From IMG/VR virus record IMGVR_UViG_3300037474_000043: a DNA stretch of 43,512 nucleotides. One strand, 5' to 3'. The notes below the pieces were generated by a model. That model was not told the origin of the DNA. It made no database searches and saw only the letters and a program-made list of their open reading frames with translations. This document shows positions 1 to 7,566 of the stretch, one piece after another (the first letter of the stretch is position 1; the number at the start of each line of letters is the position of its first letter). A program made the position numbers and the translations under genes. Origin of the DNA: a virus.

Positions 1-127
1 GACATCGGCACAGCCGGGTAACTGAAGGACGGATTGAGATGAGCGAATACCTGTTGCTTAAGTGGGGCACCCTAAAAGGCTGGAATTTTGAAAAGCCAGA
101 GACGCTCGCAGCTGCAAAGAAATACGC
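1..127. repeat. Terminal direct repeat, exact copy of 43386..43512 (circular-closure overlap or terminal redundancy)
   Basis: Read directly: all 127 nt identical at both window ends. Coding frames continue across the junction. Confidence 0.95.
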
Positions 128-296
128 TGACTTCGGCATGACTATGTCAGCCATGGCTCAGCATGACAGTCCAGATCAAAAGCAGGCGCTGTGCGATCTG
201 ATTGACGCTGTTGACGGTGAGATCCGCAATGACTGGTCTGGCGAGGTTTACACCAAGGAACAGGCTAAACGCTACGTGCTTGAATATGGCACGTGA
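39..296 (+). CDS. hypothetical protein (85 aa)
   Basis: ATG preceded by AAGGA. Follows the NinB gene across the junction. Protein-like composition. Confidence 0.7.
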   Translation: MSEYLLLKWGTLKGWNFEKPETLAAAKKYADFGMTMSAMAQHDSPDQKQALCDLIDAVDGEIRNDWSGEVYTKEQAKRYVLEYGT

Positions 297-330
297 TCCG
301 GCCCATCAACCCCCGCTCCCCGAGGACGCC

Positions 331-1086
331 ATGACCGAGATAGACACCCTCCTGCCCTGCCCGTTTTGCGGAAGCCAACGCATCTCCCTGGAGAAGTGGA
401 CGGACGGGTTCGATCCGCACCGAAGCATCACATGGATTGCTTCATGCGCTGATTGCTCGGCTCGGACCGGCTCTCGTGAGGAAGAGCAAGAAGACGCGGT
501 CGAAGCATGGAACCGCCGCGCCCTCTCCTCCCGCACCAGCAACGAAGCGGTCGTGCGGGCTGCTCGTCAGGTGATTGCCGCAGAAGATGCCTTCCGATCC
601 GTGATGCAGGTCGGCGGGGATTGGGAGGGCGACCCGTTGTCGGACGCCGTGGATGCACTCCGCTCCGCTCTCGTTAGTGGATCGGCCGTGCCGTCTGACT
701 TGGCATCGCTAATACGACCGCTTGAAGGCTATGACCATAATCAGCCAGGGTACCAACACCGCAAGGGCTGGAACGACGCTCTGCTCTATCTCATGGACTT
801 GCAACGCGCAGGCGCAGCCGTGCCGGGCGAGGACGGGTGGAAGCCGATCAATGATGAGGCCAAGAGCGGCAAACGCATTTTGGCTGTCGAGAATTATCAG
901 CGGTCCTCATGGGACGATGAAGGCAACGAAACGCTACATCAGGAAGAGGCAAACGTCGTCTGGTGGAGCGGTAAGCACAAAGGCTGGGTAAGCTACGGGC
1001 TGATCCTCGAAAGCTTTGAACCAACCCATTGGCAGCCGTTACCCGCCCCGCCCCTCTCCCAAACAGTCGGGGAGGAACGGACGTGA
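331..1086 (+). CDS. Lar-family zinc-ribbon (restriction-alleviation type) N-terminal domain fused to a DUF551-like C-terminal domain
   Basis: CPFCGS...CADCSARTG...AVEAWNRRA matches the Lar-family pattern. The C-terminus ends ...EPTHWQPLPAPP, like DUF551. ATG 331 has GAGGA 5 nt upstream; the track start at 202 overlaps the previous gene. Confidence 0.75.
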   Translation: MTEIDTLLPCPFCGSQRISLEKWTDGFDPHRSITWIASCADCSARTGSREEEQEDAVEAWNRRALSSRTSNEAVVRAARQVIAAEDAFRSVMQVGGDWEGDPLSDAVDALRSALVSGSAVPSDLASLIRPLEGYDHNQPGYQHRKGWNDALLYLMDLQRAGAAVPGEDGWKPINDEAKSGKRILAVENYQRSSWDDEGNETLHQEEANVVWWSGKHKGWVSYGLILESFEPTHWQPLPAPPLSQTVGEERT

Positions 1087-1454
1087 TATCACCGTCACAA
1101 ATTGAGCGTGGCATCAAAGCCCTTCAGAATGCCGAAGCAACCTACTTGGCTTCGGGCAAGCCCTGGATTGAACATGCCGTCGAATCCGTCCTCAAGGCGG
1201 CTCTTGAGTTCTCGCAGGACGAGTTGGACGAACAGCCTTTCCTCAGCCGTGAGGAATTGCAGGCGACCGATGAGATCTGGGCCATGTTCTACCGCGATGG
1301 CAAGAACCTTGGCGAGATCGCATCACACTTCCGCGTCGGCGTCTACGCCCTTTCTCCATGGCTCACGGCCCCTCTGACGCGTGTCATCATGGAACATATA
1401 TCTGCCTCGGACTCCGCAACCCAACCCGTAGAGACGAAGGGAGAGCGGGGATGA
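1083..1454 (+). CDS. hypothetical protein (GTG start in GTGA overlap)
   Basis: GGAGGAA lies 6 nt upstream of GTG 1083, which overlaps the upstream stop. Confidence 0.6.
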   Translation: MISPSQIERGIKALQNAEATYLASGKPWIEHAVESVLKAALEFSQDELDEQPFLSREELQATDEIWAMFYRDGKNLGEIASHFRVGVYALSPWLTAPLTRVIMEHISASDSATQPVETKGERG

Positions 1455-1903
1455 AGATCACCGACGAAATTCTGCAGGTTGCCATTGACGCTTATCTGGA
1501 CGGCGACGTTGGCATTAGCGTTTTGCGTGGAAGGATGCACACCGCCCTCGAAGCCGCCTTTGCCGCGCTCTCGCTAGATGAAGGCGAGGCGGTGCCAGTA
1601 GGCGCTATTGTGGATAAGAACGGCGGCCACAACACCGCTTCTTTGCCACCAACTCCCGTAGCCGTCTGGTTCGGCCGCGTTCCAGAAATTGGCACCACGC
1701 TGTATTCAGCCCCATCCACCGGGACGCGGGACGAAGTCCTGAGACTGCGGGCGGCTCTGGAAACGATCGCCACCAGCTTCCATGGCAGCAACCCGTCACT
1801 TGCCTATGCCGACGCGCCTCGCGAAGCCTACCTTGAGCACGTCTTGATGGAAGCCCGTCGGTTCGCCCGAGCAGCCCTAGCCAGTACCGGAGGGGATGAG
1901 TGA
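1451..1903 (+). CDS. hypothetical protein (150 aa)
   Basis: ATGA overlap with the upstream stop; GGGAGAG Shine-Dalgarno. Confidence 0.65.
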   Translation: MKITDEILQVAIDAYLDGDVGISVLRGRMHTALEAAFAALSLDEGEAVPVGAIVDKNGGHNTASLPPTPVAVWFGRVPEIGTTLYSAPSTGTRDEVLRLRAALETIATSFHGSNPSLAYADAPREAYLEHVLMEARRFARAALASTGGDE

Positions 1904-2091
1904 TGGCGGACACCGTTTCCAGCCATCTTTCTCGTAAGCCAAAGGCACGCGGTACGACCGTTGAATGGCTTATGAAGCGTGACGCCAAGCTAGCAGAATT
2001 GAGATCCGAAATCGAGCGCCAAAGGAAAAGGCGCAGGTTCCTGGACTGGCTTTGGAAGGACATACTTCACGGCGACCGGTGGAGGGCTTGA
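1903..2091 (+). CDS. hypothetical small basic protein
   Basis: TGATG overlap; GGAGGGG upstream. Confidence 0.55.
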   Translation: MADTVSSHLSRKPKARGTTVEWLMKRDAKLAELRSEIERQRKRRRFLDWLWKDILHGDRWRA

Positions 2092-2525
2092 TGCCGCGAG
2101 CCGAATTTTCGAGGAAGACCAAACGCGAAGCCCTGGAACGCTCCGGCTACAAATGCGAGGCTACTGGCCCCGACTTCGGATTCAAGCCTGGACAGCGCTG
2201 CAACTGCTCCCTGTCTCTTGGAGTACAGTTCGATCACGTGCTGCCTGATGCGCTCCAAGGCCTCAACGATCTAGATAATTGCGAAGCTCTCTGCATCGCC
2301 TGCCACAAGATCAAGACAAAGGCCGATGTTCAACGCATCCGCAAGTCCGATCGTCAGCGGGATCGCCATACCGGGGTCATCCGCCCGGCGGGCAAGCTGA
2401 AAAGCGCGGGCTTCCCCCGCTTCGACAAGCCACGTCACGGCGTGGACAAAAGCCAGCTTCCTCCCCTTCCCAAGCCAAAACTATTCGCGCCCGCAGACCG
2501 GCGCAGTGAGGAGACGATACCATGA
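2091..2525 (+). CDS. HNH endonuclease
   Basis: YKCE...QFDHVLPDALQGLNDLDNCEALCIACHKIKT shows the Cys pairs plus the H-N-H motif. GGAGGG upstream of ATG 2091. Confidence 0.85.
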   Translation: MPRAEFSRKTKREALERSGYKCEATGPDFGFKPGQRCNCSLSLGVQFDHVLPDALQGLNDLDNCEALCIACHKIKTKADVQRIRKSDRQRDRHTGVIRPAGKLKSAGFPRFDKPRHGVDKSQLPPLPKPKLFAPADRRSEETIP

Positions 2526-2746
2526 GCGAAGCATCGATTGCATATCTGAGCATAATCCCGCTCTCCAAGGGATACACTGTCGAAATCGTCACCAAAGGCA
2601 GCGACCTAGTTGATCGTCGTATGGCGTGTTCCAACTTGGATGACTTGTTCACCGACATAGTTAAGGTTCTGGAGCCGGAAAGGAGGGAGGGCACTGAAGA
2701 TATGCTCCGCCGCCTTGCCAAAGAATCGGGGGCGGCCCACCCATGA
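2522..2746 (+). CDS. hypothetical protein (74 aa)
   Basis: ATGA overlap; GAGGAG Shine-Dalgarno. Confidence 0.6.
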   Translation: MSEASIAYLSIIPLSKGYTVEIVTKGSDLVDRRMACSNLDDLFTDIVKVLEPERREGTEDMLRRLAKESGAAHP

Positions 2747-3051
2747 CCGCTGACAAGACAGATATCGTCGAGCGGCTGGTAGACCTGCATCGAAAAGTGC
2801 TGGCAGGAACCCGCGTCAACACAGAAAATGGGCCGGGCGCAAAGTTGGTAGCGACTTACGCCGTCCTGCACGTCATCGAAGAAGCCGCCACCGAGATCGA
2901 AACCCTCCGCCGCGAGCTTGAAGAGGCGCGGGAAGAAACCGAATCCATCCGCGAGGCATACGCTCAAGAGAAAAACATGCGCGAATTAGCTGAAGAACAG
3001 TGCTTTGCGGCAATTCGCGCCCTCTCCGAAGGCAAGGAGAGGCAGAAGTGA
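2743..3051 (+). CDS. hypothetical coiled-coil protein (102 aa)
   Basis: ATGA overlap; E/R-rich helical C-terminal half. Confidence 0.6.
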   Translation: MTADKTDIVERLVDLHRKVLAGTRVNTENGPGAKLVATYAVLHVIEEAATEIETLRRELEEAREETESIREAYAQEKNMRELAEEQCFAAIRALSEGKERQK

Positions 3052-3242
3052 AGCTTACACTCTCCCCCAAAGAAAGTCGCCTTTTCGACATAGCCGACGC
3101 CATCGCAGCCAAGCATGCCAAAGGCTTTTTTCAGACGACTTATATCGTCAACAAAATCAGGCTGCGCACGGACATATGGAATGTGCTGTGCAGTGAAGCC
3201 GGCCGCCGCACCCTCTCCGATCCAGAAGGGAAGGAGAGATGA
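3048..3242 (+). CDS. hypothetical protein (GTG start)
   Basis: AGGAGAGG upstream of GTG 3048 in a GTGA overlap. Confidence 0.5.
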   Translation: MKLTLSPKESRLFDIADAIAAKHAKGFFQTTYIVNKIRLRTDIWNVLCSEAGRRTLSDPEGKER

Positions 3243-3637
3243 GCACACCGGTCAAAGCCGAAGTATCGATCGATTTCGATGTGCCCTACTGCGTCGGGTG
3301 CAAGCACTATATCGAATCTGAAGTTGGACAATCGTTCGCCAAGTGCGCGTATATTGAATTCCGCAATGTTGTGTCTGGGCAGATGGAAAATCGCTATTGC
3401 TCGCAGATGCGTCGAGCCCGAGACTCGTGGGATACGGACGAATCCATGGCCCTACGTTGCGATGTGCACGGCAAATTCTTCGAGCCAAAGCCGTTCGTAG
3501 AAGTTCCGCCTCCGCCAGTCCAGATCGAACATGCGCCCGCTGTGCCTGCCGATCTGCGCGATACATGGCGTGTCGTCGTGAAGTCTCGCCCGCTTCGGCG
3601 GAAGCCAAGCCTGCTCACCCGGATATTGGGGGTGTGA
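3239..3637 (+). CDS. hypothetical Cys-containing protein (132 aa)
   Basis: ATGA overlap; GGAAGGAGAG Shine-Dalgarno. Confidence 0.6.
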   Translation: MSTPVKAEVSIDFDVPYCVGCKHYIESEVGQSFAKCAYIEFRNVVSGQMENRYCSQMRRARDSWDTDESMALRCDVHGKFFEPKPFVEVPPPPVQIEHAPAVPADLRDTWRVVVKSRPLRRKPSLLTRILGV

Positions 3638-3638
3638 G

Positions 3639-3971
3639 ATGAAAGAGGTTTACTCCCCCGAGACATTAGCTGAGCGCTGGGGCTGCACATCGCGCCATGT
3701 TCGAAATATTATCGCCCGAGGCGACTTGAAGGCATTCAAGATAGGGAACATGTTGCGGATCAGAAAAGAAGCGCTGGAGGAGTTCGAGCTATGCCAGAAT
3801 GGAGACTTACCCGGCTCAAGCGAGAATTCTGCGTCACCTGGGATGATCGAGGCCCCAACGATACCGCCGTCCGGCGACGTTATCGACTTGGCACGGAAGA
3901 CCGCAGAGAGGCGGAAGCCCGCGCCGCGTCTCGATACTCGGAACTCACGAGGCCAGCCGGGAAGACAGTAG
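3639..3971 (+). CDS. xis: excisionase-like helix-turn-helix DNA-binding protein
   Basis: LAERWGCTSRHVRNIIARGDLKAFKIGNMLRIRKEALEEF fits the excisionase/MerR-type HTH pattern. Lies immediately upstream of the integrase. The last 181 nt overlap int out of frame. Confidence 0.7.
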   Translation: MKEVYSPETLAERWGCTSRHVRNIIARGDLKAFKIGNMLRIRKEALEEFELCQNGDLPGSSENSASPGMIEAPTIPPSGDVIDLARKTAERRKPAPRLDTRNSRGQPGRQ

Positions 3972-4792
3972 CAGCGTTATGGGAAGGATATAAGCGCGAC
4001 AAGGACGGGAAGGCCGTTCTTGATACCATGATTCACACATGGAAGGCGCTGGAGCCGGTGTTCGGCCATCTAGAGGGGGACCAGATCGGAACGGAGGATT
4101 GCCGCTCCTATACGAAAACCAGACGCGAACTCGGTCGGTCAGATGGCTCGATCCATACCGAACTTGGCCATCTTCGAATGATCCTTGTGTGGGCAAAGGG
4201 TATGAAGCTCATTACGGAGGCGCCGGCTATCGAGCGGCCGGCAAAGCCAGAGCCCAAGGATCGCTATCTTACCCGCAACGAAGTTCGAAAGATGATGGAC
4301 GCTGCCAAGGTGCCGCATATCCGTCTCGCCATCCTGCTCATGATATCGACCGGCGCTAGAGCCGGTGCAGCATTGGATCTGACGTGGGATCGCGTCGACT
4401 TTGAACGCGGCGTCATCCGGCTTCGGAATCCCTTCGACCAGACCGCCAGGAAAACCCGCGCAACGGTGCCAATGAACGACACATTGAAGGAAGCGCTACA
4501 GATCGCCAAGAAAGCGTCCCTGTCGCCTTACGTGGTCGAATGGGCCGGCGCCAAGGTCGGGTCGATCAAGAAAGGTATCGCTGCCGCTGCGAAAGGCGCA
4601 AAGCTTGATGATGTGACGCCGCATGTTCTACGCCACAGCGCCGCTGTCTGGCTTGTCGAGGACGGCCACACCTTCGAAGAGGTGGCCCAGTTCCTTGGCC
4701 ATAGCGATGTGCGGATCACTTACAAAGTCTATGCCAGGTACTCGCCTACGCATCTTCGAAAGCTTGCCGACACGTTGGACCTCGGGAGATAA
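3791..4792 (+). CDS. int: tyrosine recombinase / phage integrase
   Basis: TGARAGAALDLTW (Arg box), HVLRHSAAVWL (H-x-x-R) and GHSDVRITYKVYARY (catalytic Tyr region). GGAGGAG Shine-Dalgarno. Confidence 0.93.
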   Translation: MPEWRLTRLKREFCVTWDDRGPNDTAVRRRYRLGTEDRREAEARAASRYSELTRPAGKTVAALWEGYKRDKDGKAVLDTMIHTWKALEPVFGHLEGDQIGTEDCRSYTKTRRELGRSDGSIHTELGHLRMILVWAKGMKLITEAPAIERPAKPEPKDRYLTRNEVRKMMDAAKVPHIRLAILLMISTGARAGAALDLTWDRVDFERGVIRLRNPFDQTARKTRATVPMNDTLKEALQIAKKASLSPYVVEWAGAKVGSIKKGIAAAAKGAKLDDVTPHVLRHSAAVWLVEDGHTFEEVAQFLGHSDVRITYKVYARYSPTHLRKLADTLDLGR

Positions 4793-4910
4793 AAAGTGCT
4801 CCCCGGTTCGCCGAACCTGAGAAACGGAACATAGAATGCACAACATGCCGGAAACGCCCTGCTATGAAGCGCTCTCCTCCGAGAGAGTCACCGTGTTCCG
4901 TGGGGAAAGG

Positions 4911-4959
4911 TTCGTTCACACCGAAGGGGTCACAGGTTCGATCCCTGTCACGCCCACCA
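4911..4959 (+). other. attP core: 3' ~49 nt of a tRNA gene (anticodon arm to CCA); anticodon loop TTCACAC reads Val(CAC)
   Basis: TTCG-TTCACAC-CGAA, GGGTC, T-arm ACAGG-TTCGATC-CCTGT and acceptor CACGCCC-A-CCA. No D-arm or 5' acceptor strand upstream. Lies 120 nt downstream of int. Confidence 0.7.
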
Positions 4960-5074
4960 TCTCGAACCCAAGATTTCCACCACTTTCAGCATCAAATATG
5001 CTATGTTTTACGAAGTGCTCCGCAGGTTTGTCAAAACCTGTCGGCTATAATGCAATGAGCAAAGAGGTGAAGTG

Positions 5075-5311
5075 ATGAGCAAGGCAGGCCAGCGCCTCTT
5101 AAAGGCGGCGACAGAAGCAAAAGAGATGGCGCAGCGCCCCTACGATTACGGCACGCATGAGTGCCTCGACAGGACGTTTCTTGTCATGGAGATGCTAAGC
5201 TACGTCAGTGAGCATCCACAGGTAAAAGAATGCCCGGAATGGGAAGACCTCGTGGGCAAGGCGCATTCTGCCCTCTGGGACTTGTATCAGGCAATCGGTC
5301 AGCGAGCATGA
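5075..5311 (+). CDS. hypothetical protein (78 aa), attP-adjacent cargo gene
   Basis: AGAGGTGA Shine-Dalgarno. TATAAT at 5046-5051 upstream and a GC hairpin downstream. Confidence 0.6.
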   Translation: MSKAGQRLLKAATEAKEMAQRPYDYGTHECLDRTFLVMEMLSYVSEHPQVKECPEWEDLVGKAHSALWDLYQAIGQRA

Positions 5312-5461
5312 CCCGCCACCCCCTCCCCGCATATTCTTTCCTACTCCTATTAGCGGCAGGATGTGTTTATGGTGTGGTAGAGTGGGTTTGGAGATAGAAA
5401 GGGGGTGATGCCAATTGGGCCGAGGTAATCTCGAACTTCCAAAAAACCAAAGCTTGAGCTT

Positions 5462-5481
5462 GGGCCGCCACTGAGCGGCCC
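5462..5481. terminator. GC-rich hairpin between convergent units (possible bidirectional terminator)
   Basis: GGGCCGC-cactga-GCGGCCC. T/A runs are nearby but not adjacent. Confidence 0.45.
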
Positions 5482-5482
5482 G

Positions 5483-5668
5483 TTATCCCCTCTTAACCCT
5501 TCTCGCGATCTTGACGATGAGAACGGCCAGGATGAAATCTAAGGCCAGTAACAGGACGCCCCATGGCCCGTATGAGGTCACGAACTCTGTCACGTAAGCC
5601 GTCATCCGCTGCTCCGTAAAGGAGAGCCAGATTCTCTGCATGTCCGAAGGCCGAAACCACGTGAGCAT
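5483..5668 (-). CDS. alternative-frame ORF with a C-terminal TM anchor (separate small gene or frameshifted 3' part of 5493..5975)
   Basis: GC-rich third positions; WGVLLLALDFILAVLIVKIARRVKRG tail. Confidence 0.4.
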   Translation of the reverse strand: MLTWFRPSDMQRIWLSFTEQRMTAYVTEFVTSYGPWGVLLLALDFILAVLIVKIARRVKRG

Positions 5669-5975
5669 AGACTGGCGAGTAATTGCTCAGTGGCACTATA
5701 AAGCAACCGTAGATAATTGATAGAGACGCTACCGCACCAAACAGCAAACCTACCACAAGACATGCGCGCTCATGGCAAAGAACGGCTATAAAGGCTGCGC
5801 AGAGAACGTCGGTGAGAGCGTTGGTCCAGATCGGGTTAGCCGTGGGCCATGTGAAAAATGAAAGCGCCCATGAACCGAGAATGACGATGGCAACGGTGAC
5901 GAAGTCGCCACCCCGGCGGAAAGCAACGATAACCGCCGGGGTGAGAGTGACCAGAAATAGTAGCCTAAAGATCAA
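5493..5975 (-). CDS. multi-pass membrane protein (4 predicted TM in the first ~110 aa); 3' end uncertain
   Basis: Hydrophobic segments in the N-terminal two thirds. The C-terminal ~55 aa look non-coding by third-position composition. Confidence 0.5.
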   Translation of the reverse strand: MIFRLLFLVTLTPAVIVAFRRGGDFVTVAIVILGSWALSFFTWPTANPIWTNALTDVLCAAFIAVLCHERACLVVGLLFGAVASLSIIYGCFIVPLSNYSPVYAHVVSAFGHAENLALLYGAADDGLRDRVRDLIRAMGRPVTGLRFHPGRSHRQDREKG

Positions 5976-5978
5976 GCT

Positions 5979-6239
5979 TCATTTCCCGCCGCCGCCGCCA
6001 CTCCTGTACACTACATCCGCATCCGAGCTGGTAGCAAGAGCTTCCGCCATCTTCGTATGCAGGATGGCGAGCTTGTCCTCGACCACGGTCAGGGCATCCT
6101 TGGCAGCCGTCACTTTGGAGCCGTTCATGGTCCCCTCAAACCCGCTCGTCGTCACGTCTCGCATATCGACGCAAAGACGCTCCATGGTGATCAGGAAAGC
6201 CTCGATCTTCTGCGCCCTGCGTGCGTTTTCTGCGCTCAT
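5979..6239 (-). CDS. hypothetical protein (86 aa)
   Basis: ATGA overlap with the upstream gene. Confidence 0.6.
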   Translation of the reverse strand: MSAENARRAQKIEAFLITMERLCVDMRDVTTSGFEGTMNGSKVTAAKDALTVVEDKLAILHTKMAEALATSSDADVVYRSGGGGGK

Positions 6240-6544
6240 TTGTCATCTCCGCTGGATTCGACCTCGACCCCGCCCACCGAGGCCTTCACGGTCAGTTTGT
6301 TGATGCGATGCACGATCTTGTGCGAAAAGAACCCGCACAGGAATATGATGGCCTGCTTCACATCATCTGGGGCTTCGCTGGCTCCAGGAATGTAGTGCAG
6401 CAGAAGAGATGCGATGAAATAGCCGAAGACGGCGCCGCATGATGAAACGAGAAATGATCGCATTGTCCAGCTCCCTCTCATGAGGTAATCTGTCAAAGCT
6501 CCGGCCCCGACGATCAACGCGGTAGTTGTGGTATTCGTTGCCAA
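6236..6544 (-). CDS. small membrane protein, holin-like (about 3 TM)
   Basis: Hydrophobic segments; position in the lysis cassette. Confidence 0.5.
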   Translation of the reverse strand: MATNTTTTALIVGAGALTDYLMRGSWTMRSFLVSSCGAVFGYFIASLLLHYIPGASEAPDDVKQAIIFLCGFFSHKIVHRINKLTVKASVGGVEVESSGDDK

Positions 6545-6553
6545 TCCGCCCGC

Positions 6554-6907
6554 CTATGGTTTGAAATGGCTTGCCAGCCACCCGTATGTTGCGGCTACGG
6601 ACGCGGCCGCAGTCAGCAATATGCCCCCAATGCGCCAAAGCCACCGACCGACAATGCCGGCGCCTATGACACGCTGCTGATACGACATGAATTCCGTGAA
6701 GATCGGGCTGGTGGAAGTCACCGCCTTTTCCATCAATTCTAGTCGGTGGTCCACGTTCCAGATGGATTTCTCCAAGGCCTCAATCTTCTCGTAGAGTCGG
6801 CGCCTGGATTCGTCCGCTGTTACCTTGTCGCTCTCCTGCTGCGATGCGAACTGGTCGAGCCGCTGGAGGACAAGATTGACGAAGGCGGATTCGATGTCAT
6901 TGGTCAC
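6554..6907 (-). CDS. coiled-coil protein with a C-terminal transmembrane anchor
   Basis: Helical N-terminal part, then GAGIVGRWLWRIGGILLTAAASVAATYGWL. ATGA overlap with the spanin gene. Confidence 0.6.
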   Translation of the reverse strand: MTNDIESAFVNLVLQRLDQFASQQESDKVTADESRRRLYEKIEALEKSIWNVDHRLELMEKAVTSTSPIFTEFMSYQQRVIGAGIVGRWLWRIGGILLTAAASVAATYGWLASHFKP

Positions 6908-7128
6908 TTCTGGCAGCCGGCCATCCGGGCGCAGGTGGCATTGTGGGCCAACACCTGTCGCGCGAAATTTTCGTCGTGGTTCACAATAAACGCCTTTGTC
7001 TCGCGAGAGGGCGTCAGCATCGTGAACCCGGCGCCGTCAACGACAAAAGCTCTTTCCTTGCTCTGACATCCACTCAAGGCCCATGCTAGTGCACAGAGCG
7101 CGAGCGTCCTGACTATCAAACTTGGCAT
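6904..7128 (-). CDS. outer-membrane lipoprotein spanin (o-spanin)
   Basis: Signal peptide with lipobox LSGC. GGAGAGAA upstream of ATG 7128. The 5' part overlaps the i-spanin gene out of frame. Confidence 0.7.
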   Translation of the reverse strand: MPSLIVRTLALCALAWALSGCQSKERAFVVDGAGFTMLTPSRETKAFIVNHDENFARQVLAHNATCARMAGCQK

Positions 7129-7294
7129 CGGTTTCTCTCCGAGTGGCGATTTCCTGATTGGCTTTGGCAATGTCGCGGGCAACCTGCTGGTCTACGCCGC
7201 GCTGTTCGGCTACGTCTTCCCGGTGACCGAGATAGAGGACGATGCCGAGGATTGCGACGACAGTGGCCGCAACGAACGCAAGGCGCATGGTCAT
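7037..7294 (-). CDS. inner-membrane spanin (i-spanin)
   Basis: N-terminal TM followed by a charged coiled coil. Follows the holin. Confidence 0.7.
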   Translation of the reverse strand: MTMRLAFVAATVVAILGIVLYLGHREDVAEQRGVDQQVARDIAKANQEIATRRETDAKFDSQDARALCTSMGLEWMSEQGKSFCR

Positions 7295-7566
7295 TGCTTG
7301 ATCTCCACGTCTGCGCTGACGGGGTCGGCTTGAGTGACGGCCTGATTGGCAATCATCTCCTTGCCCTTGTTGCGGTCGTCGAGAACGGACCCGGTCATGT
7401 AGGTGACAAAGGCGCTGAAGACGAGGAAGGCCAACGTAGTCAGCGAGTCGCGGCGCAGGGCGTCATCAATGCCGAAAATGACGACATAGGAGAGCAGGAG
7501 AAGCCCGACGCCGAGAATGGCGAAGAACGCGATGCGGCGGTATTTCCAGGATCGCTCGAACATCAT
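7291..7566 (-). CDS. holin (2 TM)
   Basis: Two hydrophobic helices and a charged C-terminus. Lies between the endolysin and the spanins. Confidence 0.65.
   Translation of the reverse strand: MMFERSWKYRRIAFFAILGVGLLLLSYVVIFGIDDALRRDSLTTLAFLVFSAFVTYMTGSVLDDRNKGKEMIANQAVTQADPVSADVEIKQ

Noticed and set aside
4836-5075. 79-aa and 64-aa plus-strand ORFs downstream of int.
   Set aside because: They read straight through the tRNA-derived attP core and the AT-rich arm, and have no Shine-Dalgarno. The region is better explained as the attachment site.
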